A stretch of 64,000 nucleotides of DNA, from the NCBI GenBank assembly GCA_040954595.2, contig CM082595.2, forward strand, positions 2,527,943 to 2,591,942, given 5' to 3'. The translations under genes were made by a program, and so were the position numbers. Source of the DNA: Balanoglossus misakiensis (Eukaryota; Animalia; Hemichordata). The notes beneath the pieces were generated by a model. The model saw nothing but the letters and a program-made list of their open reading frames with translations. It made no database searches and was not told the origin of the DNA. Below, in pieces: positions 48,301 through 60,300 of this stretch (positions within the stretch are counted from its first letter, which is position 1; the number at the start of each line of letters is the position of its first letter).

Positions 48301-51300
48301 GCGTCCTGGAGGGAGACTCCACACCATTGGTCTGTTGGGAATCACTGGGGATTTTGATCGGCTTCCTCTTAATAGACTTCTTGCTGCCTACGAGGTGCTC
48401 GTACGCTTGCATACCTTCCTGTGTGATTACTTCACGTTTTGACGACGTTCGTTGGAGAAACACAGGTTTTTCTTCAAACTTATCACTCTGACCAACCCCT
48501 GAACTCTCCAGTGGCTGTTTCGGGGTCTCTTCTGCATCCTCCGGTGTCCCAATCGTACTATCCATCAGCTGCAAGTAATCAGTAGACTCTGTATCCGAAT
48601 CTCTTTTCCGGAGCGACGACTGAACGTCCCCGCCGCCCGTCTTGCCGACGTCCCTAGGACTTACACCAAAAGGGTCCGTCGCCAAGCCAAAGGGATCGCC
48701 AAACCCTTTGACACTGGTCTCGTTTCCGGGAAGAGGAACCGCCTCAACTTCCGGTGACGACACGGGACTATCGGTCACATTCATGACATAGTGCTTCTGG
48801 GGATGATCTTTACGAAACGACCGCTTGGGTTTTTTAATCGGGTTCACGAGAGGTTTGCTAGAAGCCTCGGAACTGTGAGACGTAGACGAGCTCTGTCTTT
48901 CTAAAATCTTTTTTGAGCTGCCCCGCTTTGGTGGACTGTCGGAGGTAAATGAGCTTTCTGATTTCGGTGGGCTGTCAGAGGATGTAAACTGACTTTCAAG
49001 AGTCGACTTACTGTTATCCCAGGCGCTGAGAACGTCATCGAGCAGTGAGGGTCCCAAGTCAAAATGCTGAAAGACAGAAAAGAGAAATACCCCCACAGGT
49101 TACAACTTTGAACAACAAAATCACAGTTGAAAAGAGAGAGAAAATGTGACAAACATGAATGCACAACCCAAGATCAAACACACCACGGTCTTATAAATTG
49201 TTAGTGGAATCACTTCCCAAATACAATGCGAAACCTTTATATTTCAAAGCAAACTTTTCATTCTCAAACGCAAACTCATCAAAACACACACAACTTCAAA
49301 TAAAAGCATTATTCCATTGAAAAAAGCACAATTCCGAGAACTGATAGTGATGTTTCAAGTGTGCAACAACTTCAAACTAAATTTTCATTCAGCTTAGCTA
49401 CACCCTGGCCCTGACACACCAAAATTTTGATATGAATACACAGGTACATGCTGAATTTATGCTCAAGTACTCTGCAAACACAGCTAACCCCAACTTTTCA
49501 AAGATATGGTTCAGATTCTGTGCCTGAGATAATGGGACTGCCAAACAAGAGATCAAAGCAAGGCACACCCCATAGGATGCTTCTTACAACAGTGTGGTCT
49601 GAGTACCCAAGATACGGTTCATAGAATACATCGTTTATCTCTCTACTTCAGCTGTCACAAGAAAGACGGTACAGTTGGCTGCATGAATGGATTCAGGATT
49701 TTTTTATGGCCTGGGCATTCTGACCTGTGGGCAATGGTATTTTTACGCCCTGCAGGTACATACAGACAAACATTTCAAGACCAATTACAGTAACCACAGG
49801 CATGCCAGGTAGTTTTTGCCATACCCCAAAAAATTGTGTATGTTAGCACTGTGACAACAAACAACAGTACAGATATAGCACAACTTCGCAAAATGCTGGC
49901 AGTGTGCTTTTTTCATACATGCTCAGAATAGAATCAGAACATGGTGTAAATTCACGCAACCACCACAATGTTTGACAGTGGGCTTTTTATATGAAATGCT
50001 GGCGTTTAAAATGATAGCATCTGTGCTCAGGAAATAATAGCACTGTATGAAAAAGGTTTTGGCACAGTACTGTCATGTATAATATGTCAGTTCTGCTATA
50101 TCTGTACTGTAGTTTTCAAATAAAAGAGCACAGTTGGTAACATTATTTCTGCTGGTTAAGAATATACCTACCAAGTTCAACGACTCCTGTTATCGGAGGC
50201 AACACGAAGATGACACAAAGACAGACAAGGAAAGAGAGAGTTGCGGAAGAAGACAGAAAGACAGAAGGAGAGATGAAAAAAAGAAAACAATGTAAGTATA
50301 TGTTAACTAAAGCAATAAGGGATAGATACTGCAGGTGCACTAACTTTAACCAATTCACCACTGAAAGTGGACTATTCCTATTGTGTTCTACTGTGGAGTG
50401 CACCATTTTGCTGGAATATAGGGGGTTTTGACAAGGTGGGCTGAACTGACACTATATACTTGTGGTGCCGATAGGTGCAATGAAAAAAACAAAACACACA
50501 CACACAAAAGTGCAGTTTTCTCAAATGGAGACTGAACCATTGACAGATATGGGATGGGATAATAATAATTATAACACAATGAAGTTTTTTTGTCTAGCAC
50601 TATCTTAAAGCATGGAGATGAAATTTACAGCATTCCAAAATGTGGATAAATGCATTCCAGCAGATAGCATTCAGGTTAAACGCCGCTACTAATGCCATAC
50701 TGTAGTTAAGCAGTTACAAAGCTTTACAAAGCCAGGCAGAGAATAATTAAAGAAATGATTAAAGATAATAATTACAGATAATTATAGAAAGTTCATGCAA
50801 TTTGATGTTGTGATGACAGACAAGTACAGAAGAATATAAAAGCCAAACCGCGTAGATCCCTGTTTTCTATGTAAGCCCCTTAGAGTTCCCTGTGTTTACT
50901 GCCCTTATAAGAAGACCCTAGCATTGACATACTACATACTTGACAATAACTACAGAAAAAATGTCATAAAGCCATTGACTGATGTTTCTTGCGGAAATTA
51001 ACAAATGGGGTAGCCAAAGCCTTACTGTCGCCAACAAACTGTAATTTGTCGGTTTCGCTGAGTAAAATTATCTGTTAAATTACCACCTGAACTGTTGATA
51101 TCAGTCAATTATTGGCGTACCATCCACTTGTCAAGCAATCTCAATACCTCTGTTCTGCAACTCTGCACAAAATGTCCGATTGATCGGACAATATTTCATT
51201 CCACGGCTTCTCTCTGTACGCACCTTGCATGTATTTGATTAGACACCCTTAAATATTCACCTAATCATCTTATCGTTTGTCGACTTTAAAGAATCCAAAT

Positions 51301-54300
51301 CACAATTATCTTACGTTATTTGACTCCCGTAAATGAAGGACGAAAGCTATTTAAGGTTGGGAGAATTCATGAAATATTAAAATGGAGGATGTGTGTGTGA
51401 AAATGAATGCACAGAAGATAGCTCTGACATTCCATGAGCACGATGCAAAGATCACGTTAAATAACATAAACACACATGAACACACACATACACACACAGA
51501 AAAACAATATAGAGACTTGAACAGTGTTAAACAATATTATCAAACAAGCAAAAACCCAAGACAATATCCATGCTAAAAAATTGAATCTTACCGTGGGACT
51601 GTCAGGACATGGCGTGGTTGGTGGCGTCAGATCATCATCGAATATCGCCGACGTGATCATGCTCACTTCAGCATCCTCTTTACGTCTCTCTGGCGCCGAG
51701 TCCACTTTATCTGAATCGAAATAACCGAGTGTTCGGTCCTGGCGACCATTGTCTTTCACTTTTCCGTCAGTCGTCGTTTGGGGAAATTCAGAGGGACTTT
51801 TCGACTTCTTCGGCGGCAGATCTCCCAACTTAAGCGGTATCTGTCGGCCTTTCGTCGGGAGAACAAGCGGGATCCGCTTGGGACTGACGGTCGCAGCTCG
51901 CGTGGAATCCGGCAACGAGGATTGGGATTCCGACTGCGGTGATCGGAGTGGTACGTCGATGAGATCCGGAGTCCGGGATTTCATTTCTTTCCCGACGGGC
52001 AAAGTCAGCGTTCGGCGGAACGGCGATGGTTTGGATGTGTCGATGTGATCCAGCTTTTCTTGCATGGTCTTCGGCAAAAGATGACTGCAGAGTGAAGAAA
52101 ATGCATTCAACTCATCACACATCACATATCCAGGAGAGAAAAAAATGGTTTAATCAAGAACCAGATATGAAGATACTCAAATTCCTTCCAATGTCAAACC
52201 TGGAAATTTGGAACTATGCAATACACTTAACATAAATAATAAAACTTTTTCACATAAATAATTTGTGTCATTGCCACCCCAGCTTGTTATTTCAACAAGC
52301 GCAATGAAAACAGAAGCTACATATTCACCATCCTGGCTGAAACCAGACAACACAAACAATTTCCGGTATGAAACAACGAAACAATTCACCACCAAAAGAA
52401 CTGCGACGCCCACCCCTGACCTGGACGGTCAAAGTTCCATGGCCTCCAGACGAAAGCAGGGCACCAGCAGAGATATGAAAATGACGTCAACTTACTATTT
52501 ATCTTGCAGGAAGGTGATGTCACCAAACGTGTCCTGGGCTTCGATGCCGATGTGTGCCAAATGCTGAAGGTCACCTTGCGGCTGGCTAATCATGTCACGG
52601 CTAATCCCAAGTTTTCTGAAATCAAGCCAGGGTGCAATAATAGATTATTAACCCACAAATTGACTAAGTATATTACCTGATGATTAACCTTCACTGATCT
52701 CATGTAATTTTACATAATCAAGTTTCAATTTACCTCGTAATTAACCTTAATGTAATTAGCATCTATTCAATTGCATATATGCCAAGTGGTCTGCTATTTC
52801 AAACACCGCAATACATGCACAAACCTTACAAGAAGTTTTTATATTTTTCAGGAATAATATTTTCACTTCCAGGTAGTCACAAACGGTAGTTTTATTATTT
52901 TACAGCACAGAGAGCAGTAACGTGTTCAGCCAAAGTAGTCAATAAAGGTATTACGGTAGCCAGGAAAAGTCTGGGCTGTTTTCACGGACAGGAAAATATC
53001 ATGTACATGTATATCCAGCCTTTCCTTCGTTCCTTTCTGTCTCCATTGACAGAAACCGACTTCCCAAAGAGAAAGGACATTCTCCGGGTTTCACATAACC
53101 TCTCCCATTTCCAGCTGCAATCATACGTCTTCTTCTCCCATATCGATTTCTCCGTTGATTTAATTTCCTCCCCTTTCCCGCGCAGTCCCTTTCCCAACTT
53201 CCCGCGAGAATCCATCAGTGTCTGGATAAATTTGGACCGGCACCGGAGAGTAATGGGAAATCACGGTCTCCTTTTTGCGTTGGGAGTGAAATGAAACGGA
53301 AAAGGGGAAAACCTTTCTTGTTTGATCACTGCAGTCTTTGTGAAGTCGAATGCACTTTACTTAGAGACCATTTGATCAGAACAATATATGGATTGTTTGA
53401 ACAAAAATTTACATTTAATCTTTGTGTATTGACTCTTTCAGGAATGCCTTTACCATAAAGAGACTTTTGATTATATTTTTAGATACATACTGTTTGAGAG
53501 CTACTGGGCAGCTCAGCTATTGCAAACAATGCCACCAAGCAGTAACCAACTGTCTTGAGTGGTATAGTATTAAGTCCACTGGCAAATTTATGTGTCTCAA
53601 TACACTCTGATTTAACAACTTCACATCTTGATTTATTCGTCACTAAATTATTGTCCGAGAAACAACTTAGTTCCCGAGACAAATCAAGGAAATTGGTGAT
53701 TTTTCTTGCTGAAAAGGTACAACTACTTTATGTAGAAGTGGCAGATTTACCACGTACAGTAATTTTTTTTACCAATGACGCAGATGTACACACGTCACAA
53801 AATAAATTTTTACCGGAACGACTCAAGCCCAATTGATTTTAATCCCACCATCCCCACAATCTGTTTGCCCTGAAATATATCCATCATTGCGTATCATTAC
53901 ACGGGGTTATTCCATTGGGAAATGAGAGGGGTGAGCATGTCAAGCAGTCGGTGACTTAATCCCCTCTGAAACACAACGACTGTTTTCATTCCGTTTCTTT
54001 CGGCATATTTTCACTTTTCATCAATTCACCAGAGTTTAGTTTTGATACGGAACAGAAAAATACTGGGCTGGTGTATTTCCTGCGGTGCACATGTAAGAAT
54101 TTAGCAAATATTGAGAGTTATAAATAAAATTGACATCAGAGGAAACGCACCCTCTGACATGAAGCATTCCAAATTTAAATCAATTTGCAGCTGTTCCCTT
54201 TCCGAAATGTGTACCCATATTAAGTTGCACTGTATTTTACATTTCTGGCACAAGATTGTTCAATTTTTCACCTGGTTCCTGTTTTTCTCCCAGTGGGTTT

Positions 54301-57300
54301 GTTTACAAGCAGGAACGTACTTTTGCAAATCCTGGAAACTGTGCTAAAGTAATTAAGTGTTTGGCCAGATCAAACTGACAAAATTTGCTCAATTTATCCT
54401 ACCAAGATTTCTGCATTTCTCCAGTACATACAGAAAGACATTTTTGCATTAAAACAGCAATGTGTCTTTCTTATGCCAAATAGCAATTTCACACATTTTA
54501 TGAAAAGCAATATGCGGTAACAACCACAAGATACTAAAGTTTGGGTAACCGTTGAAGGTACGGCATAGTGGAAGCTCGTCTCCCAAAACTTCCACGCGAA
54601 ACACGAGTTGTGATATGCACCGAGGACCAATTTCATAACCAGAAGGGATGTAAGGTGTAGGTCAAAGTTAAGAGGTCACACCTACCCCTTTTTGGCATGT
54701 TTCTGCGGTGACTTGGGCTTCTCTGCCTTCTTGTAAATTTTGAACCTTGAACTGTGCTGTAGCTGTTGTTGCTGTTGCTGCAGCTGTTTTTGCTGCGCTT
54801 GTTGGTGTTGCTGGTTGCTAGGCGCCGAGGGGTCATACGCCATGGTGTTATCCGTGTTGAACGCTCCCGTTTTCCCGCTTCCGATAACGCCTTTCCACCA
54901 GCCTTCCTGGGAACTCCTGGAATACACGTAGTACCATAAGCAGGGCACACACACATGCATACTAAACAAAGGAAATCAGTCACTCGGCCAATCAGCTACG
55001 CCTGATTACCCGTGCCTTAATCACATGACCTCAGAATCGCATAAATAACCTCAGACTTGACGTTTATTTGAAAGTAACTCAATTTTAATTCATCCAAGCA
55101 TGTGGACGGTCTCACTGCCAATAAATCCCAACCTCACAGAGCCTATCAATTTTCACTGTCTCCATCCAGCATCACTGTAGCAGTATTTTTATACTTTTTC
55201 ACAAAACCGTGTTCATAAAATGCAATCTAAAGACTGGGACGTTTACTAAATATTTGTGTGGTCACTGTCACACTGAACTTTGAAATACACCTGACGAAAA
55301 TCAAGATTACCCTGACTTCACACACACCCAACAAAAAGAAACAAAACAAATCAAGTGCTATGTGGCTTCTATGAAACAGACTTAATGTAATTATCCAAAC
55401 AACAGGTAGTAATTGATATTTGGGTACTGAGTAATCCAGCAGCTACTAGCTTCCCCACCCCCTACCGAGGAAGCCACACAAATCTGATTTCACAGAGCGA
55501 CTGAGGTAAAGGTTACCCTATGACGTACACCTTTTGTGTTTGCATGCAGTGAGTACATTAAACATGATTGAACTTTTCACCTTTTCTGCCATGTACTAGA
55601 TTTATGTCATTTCTATAACAATTACTACTATCCAAACTCCCACCCCCTCAACCTCTTTCCGGTGTCTCTCAAGATTGCAAGTCATAAAAACGCAGTAAAA
55701 AGAGTTCAAAAATTAGGTGCCCAGGTTAAAAGAAATCTGTCATCAGTAACGTTTATCTCACAACTATATCTGTAGGTCAGAGCAATGTCCTTCTTGTTGG
55801 ACCAACATTCAACAAAAATATAAATGTCAAGATTTCAGGAAACATCTGTTTTCTGGTGTCTGATTTTGATATGAACACACCCTTCGAAGTTATTAGTATA
55901 ACCTGATCTAAAATAAACTTGCTTTCTGGGGAAATTTTGTTATGAACGACAACTTCTGTCAAAATAATTGGAGGGAGAAGTCACTTCAAAAGGTCTTTTG
56001 TATCGATACAATTGATATGCAGGAGAAGGATACCTACCTCATGTCTAGGACTGTAATGACGTCGTTTTCTTTGTAGGATAAATGTTCGGGTTTCGTTGCT
56101 TGAAAGTCCGTCAATGCTTTCATCTGCATAGGACGGGCCTGGAACGAAACAGACCAGTAGAAAACAAACATTAAAATATGGTTCAACTTATGCTGAGTAG
56201 TTGTGACATTTATGGGGTCATTAAGACTATGATGCTATGTGTGTGTGTCTCTCTCTAAGCCTATACAGAAGCTGGATTCTATGTAGGAACAACACTATAC
56301 ATAGGAAATATTGAATAGAGCTTGACCGACCTCCACAAGACACTCCATTGTGAATAAACTCCTTTGAAAAAATGAACTCACCGCTTAATCGCAGTAATTT
56401 TTGTTAGCGGGAGTTGAAAGGTCGGTTATACAGAGGAAGTGATTTTTGGTCATATCCCTTATAAGGAGAACTGTCGACGTCATGTCACGACCCAAAAAAT
56501 GGACGTGACATAGAAACACCCTTGGGCTTGTTTACTCAGTGACCAAACGGAATCAACAACAATAAGGGGGCAGGAAATCCGAAGTGGCTGAGGTGGCCGG
56601 AACCGAGAGACTGGATCAAACCGCATGGCCGCATTGCAACAACGCAGCGGCAGTGGTTGTAACATGATTCTTGGAAGCATTAAACTAGACCACGGGTGTG
56701 ACAGCTGGCTACTACAAAAGAAAGAGCTTTTCGTCGACTCATTATAGATGAACCGCAGCGAAAAAATAACAAGACGTGTCACACCTGTGTATCGTGTGTA
56801 CAATAATACAGCCATACCTACCTACCGTACAATCATAGCCATTTCTACAGAACGCATGACAGCGATAACGGCTATTACAAATAACAGGAAGTTACCTCAT
56901 AGCATCATGGCCACTGTGATACAATCATATGTTTGACATTCTTTCAGATTCAGAGATTTAGAAACCACGGCTATATATTTCATGAATAGGTATGCAAAGC
57001 AGGTCTCTACCCAAGGGGCCAGTTCCAGAAAGCCAGTCAAGTTTATTTACATCTCATTACGACACAGTATGTTCTACAAGGTCAAGTGCTGAAAGAATTT
57101 TAATTTGGGAAGACATTACTTCTGGCTGAAACTCAAGTAATGTACATAATTTATGCAAATGCTAGAAAACCACTGACCCCGACTAAAATCCTGAATTTCT
57201 AATGAAAGATCTGTAATCTGCAAAAACAATAGAGTGACAAAATATTTACGAACGAGCCGCATAACAAAAGACTAATGAGTTTGGCCAAGAATAGACAACA

Positions 57301-60300
57301 TACATTCTACTTACTGACCCACTTTTGTTCATCTGCCACACTTAACAGATCATCGCAATGAAGAACTCAATCACCCAAGCCTCGCTCAGTATTCCGCGAA
57401 AAATATGTTATACGCTTCAATAAGACTGGTTTGACATAAGGTCAGGAAGAAAGGCTAATATTTCCTAACCGTCATCCGAGAGAATGAAACGCAACAGTTT
57501 CTGCGACATGTGTTTCCAAATACAACGTACACGTATATGAAATAGCCGGCTGATTCAGCTGGATATGGCACACCCAACAGTGTATTTGCATAACAACTGC
57601 ATACATTTGAATGGCAAGTGATCTCGTATTTTCGCGCCAAAATTGATGCACCACAATTTTCGCAATTTTCAATAATTATTACACTCGTTTTGAATGATCA
57701 GGTGAATTGTCTAATTCCTCGACTTTCAGATCTGAACAAAATTATGGCGAGAAAAGGCAAAAAACGGATGTTATGAGTGCAGACTGAAGAAGATACGCTC
57801 GTACGAGATCATTCTACTGATAGGGGGACAGAAAGTAGAAACTATTGATACTAATGACTTTTACTGATGCGTATAATTACTGTAGATAAGGAAGGATGAT
57901 GGAAAAATATGTTGGCCTCATTTTCCGTTAATTCAACATTTCAACTGCACCATTCCAACAAATTCCCCCCGAAGTAATATTACATGTTCCACCTTTTATT
58001 AACCTTCCGCCTACTTGAAAACGTTTGCTCCATCCCTGTAGATTAGAGAGAGTAGCTGGCATGTGAAAGTTCCTATCTTGATTGCGCGTATGACCGCAGG
58101 AACTCTTAGAAAACACAAACACACATGATAATGGCTGATATTGCCTCCAGAGATTGGCGGCCACCCATTTTCACTCTCTTCTGTCACATAAATTATCTGC
58201 ACTGACTTCAAAGAAAACAGACAACCTTTTCCACGATGTTTAAATTTGATGGAGATTCTGAGCAGACCACTCAAATCAACCGGACGAGTTATTAATTGAG
58301 AATTAGAGATCTCAGTTTAACAAGGAGCAGTGTTGAGTGACTCAATTAAATTTAATTAGTGTAGTCTACCGTATCAGTTAAACTGATGATGTGTTTGGGA
58401 GAGTGGTAATTGGATATGAAATTGCAATCTATGGAAATTTTACTGTGAGACACAACAGTCGCTGGTTTGACCTCACAGGACACGAAAGGTTATGCTTGGG
58501 AAACCACGTAAAACTATTCAAAGCATGAGTTTTTGTTCGACGTGTTATTTTGGCCACTGAGCTGTGACAAAGTCAGATTACCAAACACGCCACCTGGACA
58601 AACTCAATTTCTTATCTTTCCGAAACGAATACATGTATCTTTTTCAGAACTATTATACTGCTCGACTCCCACAGCGTTTGGCTCAAAGCCCAAGAATTAT
58701 CGCACAACGTACTTTAAGACGCCTTCCACAGAAAGTTCAGCGAAATTGGTAATTTTGGTGAATTCACATCAGTGAAGATCATCAACTGAAAAATAATAGA
58801 GCAGATGCTATTATATCTCTTACCATAGTTTCACTTCTGATTCAATTTGTTTTAAAAATTGCGACAAATTGATGATTTTTTTACGAATCAGGAAAGTATG
58901 TATTCCGAGAAAACTGACACGTATTAGCGACTACATTTTGCATACAATTATAATAGAAAAACAAATTTCATTCCAAAAATAATGTTATACAAATATAACT
59001 CTTCTGGAACATGATATATGACATCAGCGCGTTTTAATGGGTGACATTTGACCATTGACCCAGGAAACATTAAAGTCACCATATGCTTGTGCATATATCT
59101 GTCGTTACTTCTCTCTGTCAGTACCTGAATGATGTCAAAGCCAAAGAAATCCCTTCTATTCATCAACACTTAGCTTATCTGGGACACAAATATTTGCCGA
59201 GGAATTCAAGTGTGTTCTGTGCCGAAAATAAGTCAAGTGTATAGCCTCGCAACAGTACAACACAATCGTTCGCAAAGAAGCAATCGTTTTAATCATTTTA
59301 GCATTAGATATTCCTTATACAAATTTGGTAGAATCACTAAAATGGTTCCATATGGATTTCAATGCAGTGGAATGGTAACCAATTAAATGTTTCCAAAATT
59401 AATGTATCCTGTTTTCCAGCTAAATGCCCTACTCAAGTGTTGAACATATGAGAACAGAATATCTTACTCTTGGGTATAATGTAGAAAATCATGAACAACA
59501 CAGTGCAGAATTTATTCCCGTGATATACGACCAGACCAACTGCGTGAACTAGATTCTAGGCTAATAAAATACGTTGGAAGTCAACACAATGTGCTAATAT
59601 TACTCATGACATACACATGAGCGGAATTTCAAGTGGTGCCATCAAAAGTGTGAATGTTTTCCTACCAACAAATAATATACAATGGAAATTCCTTGGAACA
59701 AAACACTGCAATAAATCAAACACACGAGTACCAATACACTGAGTACCAAATACAAAGTACAACGATACCTTTGGACTTCGAACTGGCAACAGCATCAGAT
59801 ATTGGCTTGAAATACAGGTGGACAAATTATAGGAAGTTGATCTGTTTCAAAACATGCGCATGTATGTGCATCATACCACAGACCCTGGTCTAAGATCATA
59901 CCAAAATATAATTGGGATAATTTGTCCTTCAGATTATTTGTTTAAGTGTTAATCATTAGGCATTTACAGAGATCACAAATATTTGCCACGAAAAATAAAC
60001 AAAATGGCCTTCTGCCATTTCATATTTGTAGTTCCTATAATTTCAACACCATATTTTTGAACAAAATAATTTCAATCTTTCTGACAAAGATTTCTGAATA
60101 ATAATGGTACAGCTGTAGCAGTTTTGTCAACATTTTTGATGAAATGATATCACAGGAGGTAAACACAACTTAAATTTGGGCGGAGTACTTTCAGGGCTGG
60201 TTTAGTTTCACGCCCAAATATTAAATTTCATGTGCAAAGTCAGAGAATCGGCCAACGTAGTCTTGGAAATGATACCTTCCCTGTGATGTTCTGGGTTGGC

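Noticed and set aside
47199-48491. Long plus-strand ORFs (199, 114 and 85 aa)
   Set aside because: They are antisense shadows of the GC-rich giant kinase exon and contain no recognisable domain.
52982-53215. Lys/Arg-rich minus-strand ORF upstream of the CRIB exon as an alternative coding first exon
   Set aside because: I found no convincing donor in the required phase 2.
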